In this document: positions 12,405-23,440 of the stretch, piece by piece
How positions within the stretch are numbered: position 1 is the first letter of the stretch
How the letters are laid out: the number at the start of each line of letters is the position of its first letter
Source: Azolla caroliniana
Lineage: Eukaryota; Plantae; Polypodiophyta
Assembly (NCBI GenBank): GCA_043228905.1
Contig: JBHGNT010000005.1
Location: 8,122,001-8,186,000, forward strand
Direction of reading: 5' to 3'
Length of the DNA stretch: 64,000 nucleotides
Position numbers and translations under genes: made by a program
The notes under the pieces: generated by a model
What the model saw: only the letters and a program-made list of their open reading frames with translations
Databases searched by the model: none
What the model was told of the DNA's origin: nothing

Positions 12405-15155
12405 TTTAATTGAGTTTATATTTCTATCATTGTACTTTTACATGGAAATTCTCATACATGAGAGCTAAAATAAGAGACATGGTTATCGTGCACCACATGT
12501 AATACATGAGCGCCAAATGGCAAACATGCATTTTATGCATGTCTTGTACCCTCACATGCATCATATGCATGTGAGCATCTATAAAAGAAGGGATGAAAAA
12601 GAAGAAGGGTTAGGCTTTTTTTGGTTATGAAATTAAGAAGAAGAGAATTCGTTATCGAATTGATCGTGTAACTTGTTTCTTAAAATCTAAAATCAAGAGT
12701 TCAATCTTAAGCTCTCTGAATCTAAAGTCAAGCGTTCTATTCTATCTCAAGCTCTCTCTCTCTTTCAATCTAGCTTAAGTACTTTCTCGCTAAAGCTTGC
12801 GCCTACTTCAAGTCCTTCCGGTCCAGAACCCCGGCGGTTCCGCCTCACGATCTGCGCATAGTGACAGATCTTCACGACAACGCCAAATTCCACACATCGC
12901 ATGCCGCGTATATCCCTCCTTCGGTTTGATCGTCTCTACGTCCCGAACACCTTGGCATTCCGACTCTCTCCGCTCCGCGCTTGCCTTCCGTAGGCTCTTC
13001 TCGTGCATCGATGTTTTCCTCTGAATACACGCTCGTTCTTTGGTCCTTACGTGACCCCATTATGCACTCCTCGCTTCTCCCATGCTCACCGTTCTCTCTC
13101 GTGGTAGAGTGAACCTCCATCCCGACATCCGTGTCGGTGTACCCCGCTTCGGCATCCTTTGCGGCTCTCGTTACCGCTTCGTCTCGACTCGCGCCCTCTT
13201 GGCCCGCTTGGCTTTGCATGCCTTCCGGAAAGCCACGCTTCCTCTTCCCCGCACATAGCCCTTTGTTCTCCGTGCACCTCCTTTGGTTTCCAAGACACAT
13301 CCTTCCGCTCACGCCGTCCATCCGTCGATCCCAACACCTCACCGCTCCATCGTCCGTCTTGTACTTGCCTCTCAAAGGCTCGACCGGGCCGCTATCACTG
13401 GTCACTCGTTGTTGCTCTTCCGGGTGCATGCTCATTCTTTGGCCCTCCGTCGACCGTAATGTATGCTCAGTATCACGCCGTAGTGCATGCTTCGTGTTAC
13501 ACGCTTCTCCCGCCGTAGTCCTTACCTCCGCGTCGGCCTTTTATCCCTTCGTTATCATAGCCCCTTCCGACTCCGGCTTATCGTCTTCGCCCCGCTCGTC
13601 CGTCATTCTATATCGGATACCCGTTCTGGTAACCTCGTCCTCTTTGGCTTCCGACTCCTCTCCCCCACCCGCCGTCTCTCCGCTCTTTCGTCGATCGGCA
13701 ACTGCCGAAGTCTCCAACCCTGGTGTCGAGGGATCTTCCTCGTTCTCGTTTCGGTTACCCGCCTTGCTGCTGCCACTGTCCGTCACTCTAGGTCTTACAC
13801 TGACTCTCGGGCCGTCCGCCGGAGTCTCTACAACCGGTGTGGGTAAGTTCCCGGCACCGCCGCTCATCATGTTCGTAGCTACCTCCATCTAGACTTCGTT
13901 GTCCGCGGCTACCCCATCCCCGATTACGCAAGCCTTGATTACGCCTGCCTACTCTTCCTCGTTCTCCTTGTCTTCCTCTTGGTTGCCCGCCTTGCCGCCA
14001 CCATCCGTCACTCTAGGTCCCACACCGGCACTCGGGCCAGCCGCTGGAGCCTCTAGAATTGGTGTGGGTAAGGTCCTGGCATCGCCTCTCGTCTCCTCTC
14101 CGCTTGATGTTTCGGGCCATCATGTCCCAAATCCTCTCCTCACTCTCAAAGTTGTGCTCCCCGCTCCGTAGTAATCGGCCTCTTCCATGGCCGTCCTTTC
14201 ACCATAAGACGAGAGGGTCGCTTCCTCCGCACCCTCTCCCTCGTCACCGTCGTACGCTATTTCGGCCTCCGCATAGGCCCTGTCCTCCACGCGTAGGGAG
14301 GCTTCTTGCTCCGCATCCTTTGATCCTCTCGGGCCCGACTCCGCAATAGACGCTCCTTCGGCTTTGAACTTCGCCTTCATGCTCTCGTATGCCTCCCGTA
14401 TTAAAGCTGCTAGGTCGTACTCCTCCATATCATTACGCGTCGAGCCCTCTTCCGGTGGTAGTGTGTAGTCACTCACTGCTCTCTCTTCTCCATCGTTCGC
14501 AGGCCGTGTTGAGGCTGACCACATCTCATTGCGTCGCCGGCATACCCATTCCACTTCGGACTACTCCTCGGTGAGACCATGTGCTCTGTAATAATCTTGA
14601 AGCTCGAATAGGATGTCCATTCTTTCCTCTTGATGGACCATCTTAAAATATAGGAGGAATTTGTCCGCCCCCACCGATCTTCGATCCCGCTCCGGGAGTT
14701 GAGCAAAACGACACTTGATTGCTTGGAATGCCTCCATCACGCTTCGACGGGCCTTCCCCAACACCACCCATCGATCGAACTCGTGTTGACCTCACCCCTC
14801 CGGTTTCGCGTACCTGTACGCCTCTAATAGAGCTCCCTCAAAGGACTCCAACGATTCATGACCTTCTCGAAGCTCCTTGACCTCTTTGTGCGTCGATATG
14901 GCTGCCACTCGACAAAAAAAATCTAGCCGCATCACTTTGTCCATGCCCCTCTCTGTCATTTCGGCATTGTAAGCTCCCAAAATTTTTGGGACATCATCCC
15001 CGTTGAACCGCCTGACTCAACCGACCACCCTTTCGACGGCTTGCTAAGCCGCATCTCGCCTCACCTTCTTCCGTTCGACAACAATCACGATCTTTGCCAT
15101 CATCTCCACGAAGTTGAAGTCTTCGTCTTCCAAATCCGTCCTCCCTTGCCGCCTT

Positions 15156-15173
15156 TTCACGTCGGGTTCACCA
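15156..15173 (-). promoter_or_regulatory. tRNA-Trp PBS of element D
   Basis: TTCACGTCGGGTTCACCA followed by AAGA and the LTR, identical to 5556-5577. Confidence 0.85.
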
Positions 15174-15177
15174 AAGA

Positions 15178-15734
15178 TGTCGCGATATTCTGCGAGTACG
15201 TGTAAGATCTTAGGCGGGTCCACAGGGGTCTTGGACTAGGGAGTAGAGGGGAAATGGAAGCTTAGTGAAGAGAGAGGGAATAATAGCACATAAACATAGA
15301 ATGGATGGAGGAAAGATACACCAACAAGACAAGAAACATCAACATGCTATATTAAGAGTCCACAAAAATGATTACAACCATGGCCGCATAGGCCGCACCC
15401 AAACGACTACAAGAAAACCCTAACCGGATAAGTAAGCAAAGAAGCATAGAAACCCTAAAGGAAACCCAAGAAGAAAACCCTAGAAGAATCCCTAAAACCA
15501 AATAGAACCCCTCGACCTAAGTGGTATACCTCTCTCACTCAAAATAGGCAACCCTTTCATAGATGACCCCTCCCTTCCTTTTATAGCCCAAGGAGGGAAG
15601 GGCCTTACAATGTGGGATAAATTTCCCCTCTTTATTCAATACACCATTTTACATTGTAAATGTGCACATGTTGCACACCACTGACTTGCCCATTCCATCT
15701 TGGTTTCACACCGTAGTCAGAAATCTTCACGACA
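15178..15734 (-). repeat. 5' LTR of element D (557 bp)
   Basis: Minus strand TGTCGTGAAGAT...ATCGCGACA. Confidence 0.85.
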
Positions 15735-16096
15735 TCGGTCGAGACCACTGTCGAGATGGAATGCACCATTGGAACTTGTGCATACCGATGTATGCCAAGT
15801 GGACACGAAGTCACATGCCGGATCGCAGTACTTCGTGACATTTATAGATGACCATAGCTGGAAGCTATGGATCTGATCACTAAGGACGAAGGATTAGGTA
15901 TTATTCGTCTTCAAGGAGCTCCATGTAAGAGTGGAGAGAGAAACCAGACGGAAGCTGAAGGCAGTTCGAGTAGACAATGGAGGAGAATACCGGGGACAGT
16001 TCGAGGAGTACTACCGGTCGAAGCGAATCTGGCTCGAATTCACTGGACAGTAATAGAGAGAATCCGGAGCACGCTAGCACATGCACACATGCAAAG
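15735..16096 (+). pseudogene. Old copia family A-like integrase fragment
   Basis: Translates NAPLELVHTDVCQVDTKSHAGSQYFVTFIDDHS...DNGGEYRGQFEEY; homologous to about 300-700. Confidence 0.9.
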
Positions 16097-16529
16097 TGTC
16101 ATGATATAGCAAGACTCGAACCCATGACCTTATATTACATGGGTCGAGCTCTTGACCATTAGACTATATGTTATAATATAAAAGAAATTATTTTCATTAA
16201 GTTTTACTATAGAAAATTGATGTATATTCCAGATTTCTCCAGAAAATTCTAGAAGCTTCAGGAGTACTCCTGAGATCACTATGAAAGGAGGCACAAAGCA
16301 TTATTTCAAACCAAATCGGTTCAACGCCAGTCTTAAGCCTCCTAGCCATCCTTGTATATTCTTTTCACATAATATATCGTTGTCATCATCATTCACACAC
16401 ACACACACACACACACCCACACAGTCTCTCTCTCTCCTTTCTCGAGTGTTCTACACCCTCTTTTCCTCTTAGTACTAATATTCATCTCTTAGTACTAATT
16501 TCCTCTCTGTCTCAGTACTATTCTTGACA
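16097..16529 (+). repeat. 5' LTR of chromovirus (433 bp)
   Basis: TGTCATGA...TCTTGACA; direct repeat of 21902 onward. Confidence 0.9.
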
Positions 16530-16531
16530 TT

Positions 16532-16543
16532 TTGAACAGATTT
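16532..16543 (+). promoter_or_regulatory. Self-priming PBS (Tf1-type)
   Basis: TTGAACAGATTT is 11/12 complementary to AAATCGGTTCAA (16313-16324), which lies 33 nt after the TATA position; no TGG tRNA-type PBS. Confidence 0.75.
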
Positions 16544-18667
16544 CCTCACCTCGTTCCTCCTCTTCCTTTTATCTTCTTACGTTTCCCTCCCTTCATACTA
16601 ATATCTTATTCCTCTTTCCTCTCATCCTATGGCCACTATTAGCACTCAAGAATATCAATCCGTTTTCTCAGAGTTGCAATGCTTGAAAGAGAAGTTCCTT
16701 GCTTTGGAACAAGAAAATCAATGGTTGTTGGGGGATCTTCAATAAATCTCCTAGAAAAGCAGCAGACGCAACAACATGGGGAACTAGCGTTACGCGTGCA
16801 ACAACTCGAAGCAACCGTAGTAGTGATGTAACAACAAGGACCCAGTACGCAAGGGATTCATAAAGAACCCAAGATCGGCCTTCCCATGAAACTCGATGGA
16901 ACGCGCTCACAGTTTAGAGGATTCCTTAATTAGGTACGATTACTCATTCAAATGCATCCTTCCCGATATCCCACCGATGCATCACGAGTGGGTTTAGTAG
17001 GCACATTGTTAAGTGGCTCAGCTTTGGCATGGTTTGCTATGTTGTTAGAAAAGGAATCTCCTTTACTAAACAATTGTGAAGAGTTTTTAAGTGAGTTTAA
17101 AGCCTGTTTTGGAGAATCTACTGACAGCATAAGAACAACAATCAACAAAATCTGACGGTTACGTGAAGGTCGTCCTCCAGCCTCCGCATACGTTGCAGAT
17201 TTCCACCTACTCGCCTCTGATATCCCCGAGGATAACCAAGCAGTAATGGAGCAAGTTCGTTATGGTGTACGTAACGATGTCAAGGATTTACTCTTGACCT
17301 TCCTCGAAGAACCAAAGTCATTGACATAAGCAATCAGTCGTACGGTGAGATGCGATAATTGTCTTTTCGAACGACGTTCAGAATCTCAGTTCCAGATGCC
17401 ACCACCTACGCCTCAGTGGTAGCAAAACCTTTTCCAAGGGACTCATATAATGTGTCTCTAGTGAATAGTCCAACTCCGATGGAAATTGACACTATACGTC
17501 GTCGCGGACCATTATTGGTAGAAGAAAAGCAGCAACGCCGAGCAAATCGACTATGTCTTTATTGCGGTGGATGAGGGCATATTGCAGTGAACTGTCCCCA
17601 TAGGCGAAGAAGACAGATAAACCAAATAGTTGCTAGTTCTAATTGTACTAAACCCGATTCTATTTTAGTAGGAATATCTCATAGTCCTAATAATACTAAT
17701 AACCCAAATCTATCGAACAAATTTGATGTCTTTACTCAATTAGAAGAAGAGTTTGACGACTACGTCCAGCCAAAATAGGAGTCGTTTGGTTGGACTGCCC
17801 TAGATATGTGCAGCCCATTAGTGGTTCCATTCCGTCTAACCAACTTAGCAATGTGTTCTTAGCCCAAGTAACAGTTAGTACTAAAAGTACCTCTCTAGTA
17901 CATGTCTCAGCACTCCTATATTCCGGAGCTAATTCTTGCTTCATGGATAGGAATTTTGCCCAAGCTCATCAGATATCCCTAAGAAAACTCCCGTGTCCAA
18001 CCTCTGTAGTAGTCATTGATGGTCGTCCAATTGCTTCCGGAAATATCATAGAAGAATCAGAGCCCGTTAATATTGTCCTAGATAATTTAACGTGTGTAGT
18101 ATCATTTAATATAATTAGTATCCCAGAGCATCCCATTGTTTTGGGATTACCATGGTTCAACTTACATAACCCAGACATAGATTGGAGAACAAGAGAAATC
18201 CGGTATCGACAAACTCGAGGATCTACTCATACGATTGCAACCATTTCGCTACATCAGTTGCATGAGGAAGGATGCAAGGAAGAAATGTTTCTCTTCACAG
18301 TATCAATAAAAACCCTCCAACACCACTAAAGAGGAGTCCACCATTCAACTTCCAGAGAAGTATCGTCATTATGCCGATGTGTTCGATAAAGTACAAGCCA
18401 ATACGCTTCCTCACCATCGACCGTATGATTGCACCATCGATTTACAACCAGGAAAAGAGCCACCATGGGGACCGATCTACAATTTGTCACGAACCGAGCT
18501 AGAAGTTCTTCGAGCCTATATAGAGGAAAATTTGGCAATTGGTTTCATTCGACATTCGAAATCTCCAGTCGGCGCACCCATTTTCTTCGTCAAGAAAAAG
18601 GATGGATCACTTCGTCTCGTCGTAGGTTACCGTGGCTTGAATAAGGTCACCATCAGGAATAGGTATT

Positions 18668-19274
18668 TGATAGAGTGATGATAGAAAGAAAAGATAAAGA
18701 AGATATATAAATCTAAAACTACAAAGATCTATTGATCATGAAAGAAGGAAGAGAGAAAGAAGATACATAAATCCAAGTCTACAAAGATATATGGATAACA
18801 ACACAACCACACTACATGAATAGGCAAGAAAAAACACCACAAGAAGTAGACTCCTCCTACCACCTTACTCTTCTTGCTTTATATAAAGTTCTCTTCCACT
18901 AGATAAGTTTCCCTTGCACTCTTTTTTATGCTTTTTTTAGAGTTTTTCATCGAGTCCTATTCTTATCTATGACACAACAATCTTCAAATCGTCATATCTC
19001 CCTCATCCAAGCTCCAAATTTAGAGCTTTTAAAAGCTACGGATAGATCTCTTCACATTATATTTGGCTTCGAAACAAATGAGTTATGAGCATTTGTTTTA
19101 GACTGTGTTTTGGTGGCCCACTTTTTTCTTCTTTTACTTTTCTCCATATTTCTTGCTTTTAGTTTGACTTATCCTCCAAACCTTAGCTCATGTTCTTGCC
19201 CTCTAGATGTGAATGCACCATACCTTATATTCTTGTAGACTTCAATACCTTGAATTCTAAAAAACACTTTCACA
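18668..19274. mobile_element. Solo LTR (607 bp) inserted in chromovirus RT
   Basis: TG...CA ends; 5-bp TSD GTATT/GTATC; removing it restores [14 protein letters not shown]. Confidence 0.88.
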
Positions 19275-20736
19275 GTATCCACTTCCCCTTATCTCAAGTC
19301 TTTTAGAATGGATCAATGGTGCAAGGTTCTTCACAAAGATCGACATATGAGGAGCATATAACGTCGTATGGATCCGACCAGGAGATGAATGGAAGACCGC
19401 GTTTTGCAGTAGATATGGGCACTTCAAGTATACGGTCATGTCATTCATCGTCAATAATGCGCCAGCAATCTTCCATCCAGCACATGGAAAATGATATATT
19501 CTGAGATCTCTTGGATGTTTGTTTGATCATCTATTTGGATAATCTATTGGTTTATTCGAAGACCCAAGAAGAGCATGATTCTCATGTACTGTTAGTACTA
19601 AAACGACTTCGACAACATGGTCTTTATGCAAAGCTGGAAAAATGTAGTTTCGGATGCAACCAGGTAGAATTTCTGGGCTATGTCATTTCCTCGGAAGGCA
19701 TCTCCATGGATCCAACTAAGGTCAAAACGGTGGTAGAGTGGCAGACTCCGTGTTCATTGTGAGATGTGCAATGCTTTTTAGGCTTTGTCAATTTCTACTT
19801 CAAGTTCATAAAAGATTACTCAAAGCTAGTTCTGCCTCTCACACAGCTTACCAAGAAGGGACAATCGTTCGTTTGGTCAGGAGCAATAGACATGGCTTTT
19901 GAGAGTCTTAATAAGGCATTTACAGCAGCTCCTATTGTAGCTCACGTTGATCCGGAAAAACCATTCATCATTGAAGTAGACACGTTGGATTTCGCCTTGG
20001 GTAGCATTCTGTCACAACAAGGCGATATGAAAAACTACATCCTATGGCTTTCCACTCACGCAAGTTTGACGCCGCCGAAATCAACTATGAAATTCATGAT
20101 AAGGAGCTATTAGCAATAGTGGACTCTTTTACAAAATGGAGACATTTTCTAGAGGGATCTTCTCATCAAGTCACCATATTCAGCGATCACAAAAACCTTG
20201 CCTACTTTCAAAATGCTCGTGTGTTAAATCGACATCAAGCTCGGTGGGCCCAATTCCTCACTCGTTTCGACTTCAAAATTACATGTCATCTGGGGAAGCA
20301 ACAAGGGAAGGCAGATGCATTATCACGACGCTCGTATCTAGCACCGCCTCCTAGCGAGCTAACTTTCGATAACCAAAAGCAAGTAATCCTAGGACCGACA
20401 CAACTACAAGCAACGCATGTCTTTGGTATGCCCTTGGATTCCCACGTTATCGATACCATACGTAAGGACTTGAAGACAGATGCCTTCGCCCAAGCCATTC
20501 TAGCACAAATTGATCCCTCTCGAGCATCTTGTTCATAGTCGCAACAACCAGGTATAGACTATCGACAATTCAAATGTCTTCTTCGAGTAGTCCAAAACTG
20601 TCATGACAGATATACAACTGGCCATTTTGGTAGTACTAAAACATTAGATTTAGCACAACGATCATTCTGGTGGCCCCATATGTGACAATTTGTCGAAGAT
20701 TTTGTCCAGACTTGTGATATATGTTGCAGAGCAAAA

Positions 20737-21909
20737 ATGCCAATGCATCATCCATATGGTTTATTAGAACCATTACCAATTCCAAGCAAGTTGTGGCAAT
20801 CCATTGCTCTAGATTTCATCACAGATCTTCCGGTCTCTAAGGGATTCAATGCGATCTTAACAGTAGTAGATCGATATACGAAGATGGCCCATTTCTTGCC
20901 ATGTACTAAGGAAATCTCCAGTGAAGAAACTGCCAAAACTATCATGCGTGAAGTATGTCGGCATCATGGCCTTCCCGATAGTATCATAAGCGACCGTGGA
21001 CCCCAGTTTGTCTCGAAATTTTGGAAGCACCTCTTTAAAATGCTCAAGGTCACTTGTAACCTCTCCTCCAGCTACCAACCGCAAACAAACAGCCAAGCAG
21101 AACGAACAAATCAAATGTTGGAGCAGTATCTTCAGTGCTATCTAAGCTATGATCAAGATGACTTGGCGGATATTCTCCACTTCGCCGAATTTGCGTATAA
21201 TAACTTTGTCCACTCATCGACAAAGGTTACACCATTTTATGCTTATACGGGCTATCACCCCCAGTTGTGTGTATTTGAAACCCTAGAGTTACCCACAAGT
21301 CGTTGTGCAGACAATCGTTTGGAGTGGTTACGCAAGATACAAGCGGATTTATCTACTCATCTACAACAAGCTCAACAGAAACACAAGGTTGACACGGATC
21401 GTCATCGGCTTCATTCCAGTTTTAACATTAGAGATCGGGTATGGCGACTACGACGACACATCAAGACTACTCACCCATGCGAGAAGTTGGATTATCGGCG
21501 ATTAGGTCCTTTCCGTATAATCGGAATAATTAATGATGTCGCTTTTCGTCTCAATATACCTCCACAACTTCGGATACCTCCGTTGTTTCATAGTTCTCTC
21601 CTCGAACCCTATCAAGACAACAACATCCCAGGTCGTATTAAACAAACTCCACCCCCAATCGAACTTGAAGATGGACTTGAGTACGAGGTTGCCACCATCC
21701 TCGATTCCAAGATTGTTCGCAACAAGATCTACTATTTAGTCAATTGGCTAGGATATAGTCCCAGCGAGCGTACTTGGGAACCAATAGAGAATGTGACCAA
21801 TGCTTGTGCTCTTCTTGAAGACTTCCATCGTCAATATCCAGACAAACCGTGTCCTCAGTCCAAAAAGACTCATGACACACGTCGTTTTAAAGGGGGGATA
21901 GTTTCATGA
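20737..21909 (+). pseudogene. Chromovirus integrase plus chromodomain
   Basis: EYEVATILDSK...YYLVNWLGYSPSERTWEP at about 21679-21790. Confidence 0.92.
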
Positions 21910-22194
21910 TATGGCAAAACTCGAACCCATGACCCTATGTTACATGGGTCGAGCTGTTGACGATTAGACTATATGTTGTAATATGAAGGATATTATTTTC
22001 ATTTAAGCTTTACTATAGAAAATTGATGTATATTCCAAATTTTTCTGGAACATTCTAGAAACTTTAGGAGAACTCTTGAGAACACTATAAAAGGAGGCAC
22101 AAGGCCTTATTTCGAACCAAATCGGTTCAACGCCAGTCTTAAGCCTCCTGGCCATCTTTGTATATTCTTTTCACATAACATATCGCTATCATCA

Positions 22195-22228
<34 letters not shown>
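21902..22228 (+). repeat. 3' LTR of chromovirus, truncated at a (CT)n tract
   Basis: Aligns with 16097-16430 and ends in the microsatellite. Confidence 0.88.
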
Positions 22229-22229
<1 letters not shown>

Positions 22230-22231
<2 letters not shown>

Positions 22232-23440
22232 TAACTATCTCCCATAGCCTAGTTGAGGTGGTTGGATCATACATCTATCTCAGAGTCACTTTCAATGCTC
22301 GCTCAAGTAAATTTTCGATGACACAGGCAGCAAAGGATAGACTTACGAGAGGACATGCATCCCTCTCACTCCTAGAGAGACAATGCCACCAAGCATACTT
22401 TCAAGAGCCACTGACTAAAGGGTGGCTCTTTGACTCATTAGTGACCCCCCTCCCTCATGTATGCATCAACGGTTTGGGCTCCAGGATTACCATCTTTCAT
22501 GTGGACGCAATTAGAGAGACCATTGGTGATGATGTTATCACGCCAACTCCGAAGCAAATCGACAGTACCACATGACATTATTAGGGCTGAGTTCACGTTA
22601 CCCCCAATGTTAGTAGAGGCACTTTTCCAACTTGTAGTCTTTATTCATAGGATACATAGCCAACCACATGTTAGAATATCTCATCAAGCCTTTAAGGCCT
22701 CTCGATCATTGTATGAGTCTGGCTATACTAGCTCATTGTATGGCATGATGGTGAGTTGGCTTCTTGCGAATGGTCTAGACATTAATAACCTACCTCCCGT
22801 TAGGTACAACCACATGATTGATAACACTTTAATCTCTCATGAGGACCGCAATAAAGTAATACGCCAAGAAATATGGAAAATTTACACTCGGTATAAATGG
22901 ATCACCCCACGAGAGCCACTCCCATCTAAAATGTTGTACTATAAGGAACACTTCATGCACTTCTCTGAGTTAGGTTTTATCACGCAACCAAAATATCTAG
23001 ATGTATTCTTACCACATGCACTAAGGCTTGCCGTTGGACAACTTAGAATATCATCTCACCAACTTGAGATTGAGAATGTTCGTACTAATGGAGTCCCTAG
23101 GGAGGAAAGGATATGTAGGTTATGTCACATAGAGATAAAGGATGAGTATCACTTTACATGCAAGTGCCCAACCTACGCCGAGATAAGGGCAACATACCAA
23201 GACATACTTGGTTCCTCTCCCACCCTCCCCAAACTATTAGATACTCTAGATATAAAGAAATTAGGCAAATACATTCTAGAGCTAAAGCAACACAGAGAGA
23301 ATAAGTTACAAAATGTTGACAATAATGTTGCTAATGTTCACCAACATGTAACAAATGAAGTTTTTCAGGAACAAGGTGAGACAACGAATGTCGACACACC
23401 TGCACCACTCGGCCTTTCCCTTGATGAGGCAGAAAACCAA
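22230..23440 (+). mobile_element. Non-LTR retrotransposon fragment (RTEX-like ORF2 C-terminus)
   Basis: YIYL..TF, LFDSLV.P...YA..VW, LRISSHQLEIE...PREERICRLC...DEYHF..KCP.Y zinc-finger tail; clade assignment is from motif recall. Confidence 0.75.

Larger units (their letters stand above)
11897..12501. repeat. Tandem duplication, 2 x about 302 bp, inside LTR C
   Basis: AGGTTTTGGCCAACCAAAACGG... starts at 11897 and 12199; the copies are highly similar. Confidence 0.95.
6363..12879 (+). mobile_element. Ty3/gypsy family C (same lineage as B), degenerate; 5' end outside window
   Basis: gag (CMWCDSMDHMRRNC), PR (ALIDHG), RT (DLYSGYDQF, LPQG, FLDD), RH (TDC..NAMADMLSR), IN (H..GH..C..C, ADRGEL, GPY); PPT near 11532-11543; 3' LTR. 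Confidence 0.95.
11544..12879 (+). repeat. 3' LTR of gypsy C (about 1.34 kb)
   Basis: TGTTGTGGAGAT...ATCTTCACGACA imperfect 13-bp terminal inverted repeat; follows a G-rich PPT; TATAAAA near 12580. Confidence 0.82.
12880..15734 (-). mobile_element. Ty3/gypsy-related family D (tRNA-Trp PBS); Gag capsid plus long unknown tail; probably non-autonomous
   Basis: LTR 15178-15734 with the same termini as B; identical PBS at 15156-15173; capsid homologous to B gag (RFNGDDVPKFLGAYNAEM...GLTEE). Confidence 0.85.
16097..22228 (+). mobile_element. Chromovirus (Tcn1/Tf1-sushi-like Ty3/gypsy), degenerate, 3' LTR truncated
   Basis: gag (LLSGSALAWF, PMEID, RLCLYCG..GH...CP), PR, RT ([18 protein letters not shown]), RH ([16 protein letters not shown]), IN (LDFITDLP, SDRGPQF, GPF), chromodomain; LTRs 16097-16529 and 21902-22228; PPT AAAGGGGGGATAG. 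Confidence 0.95.
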
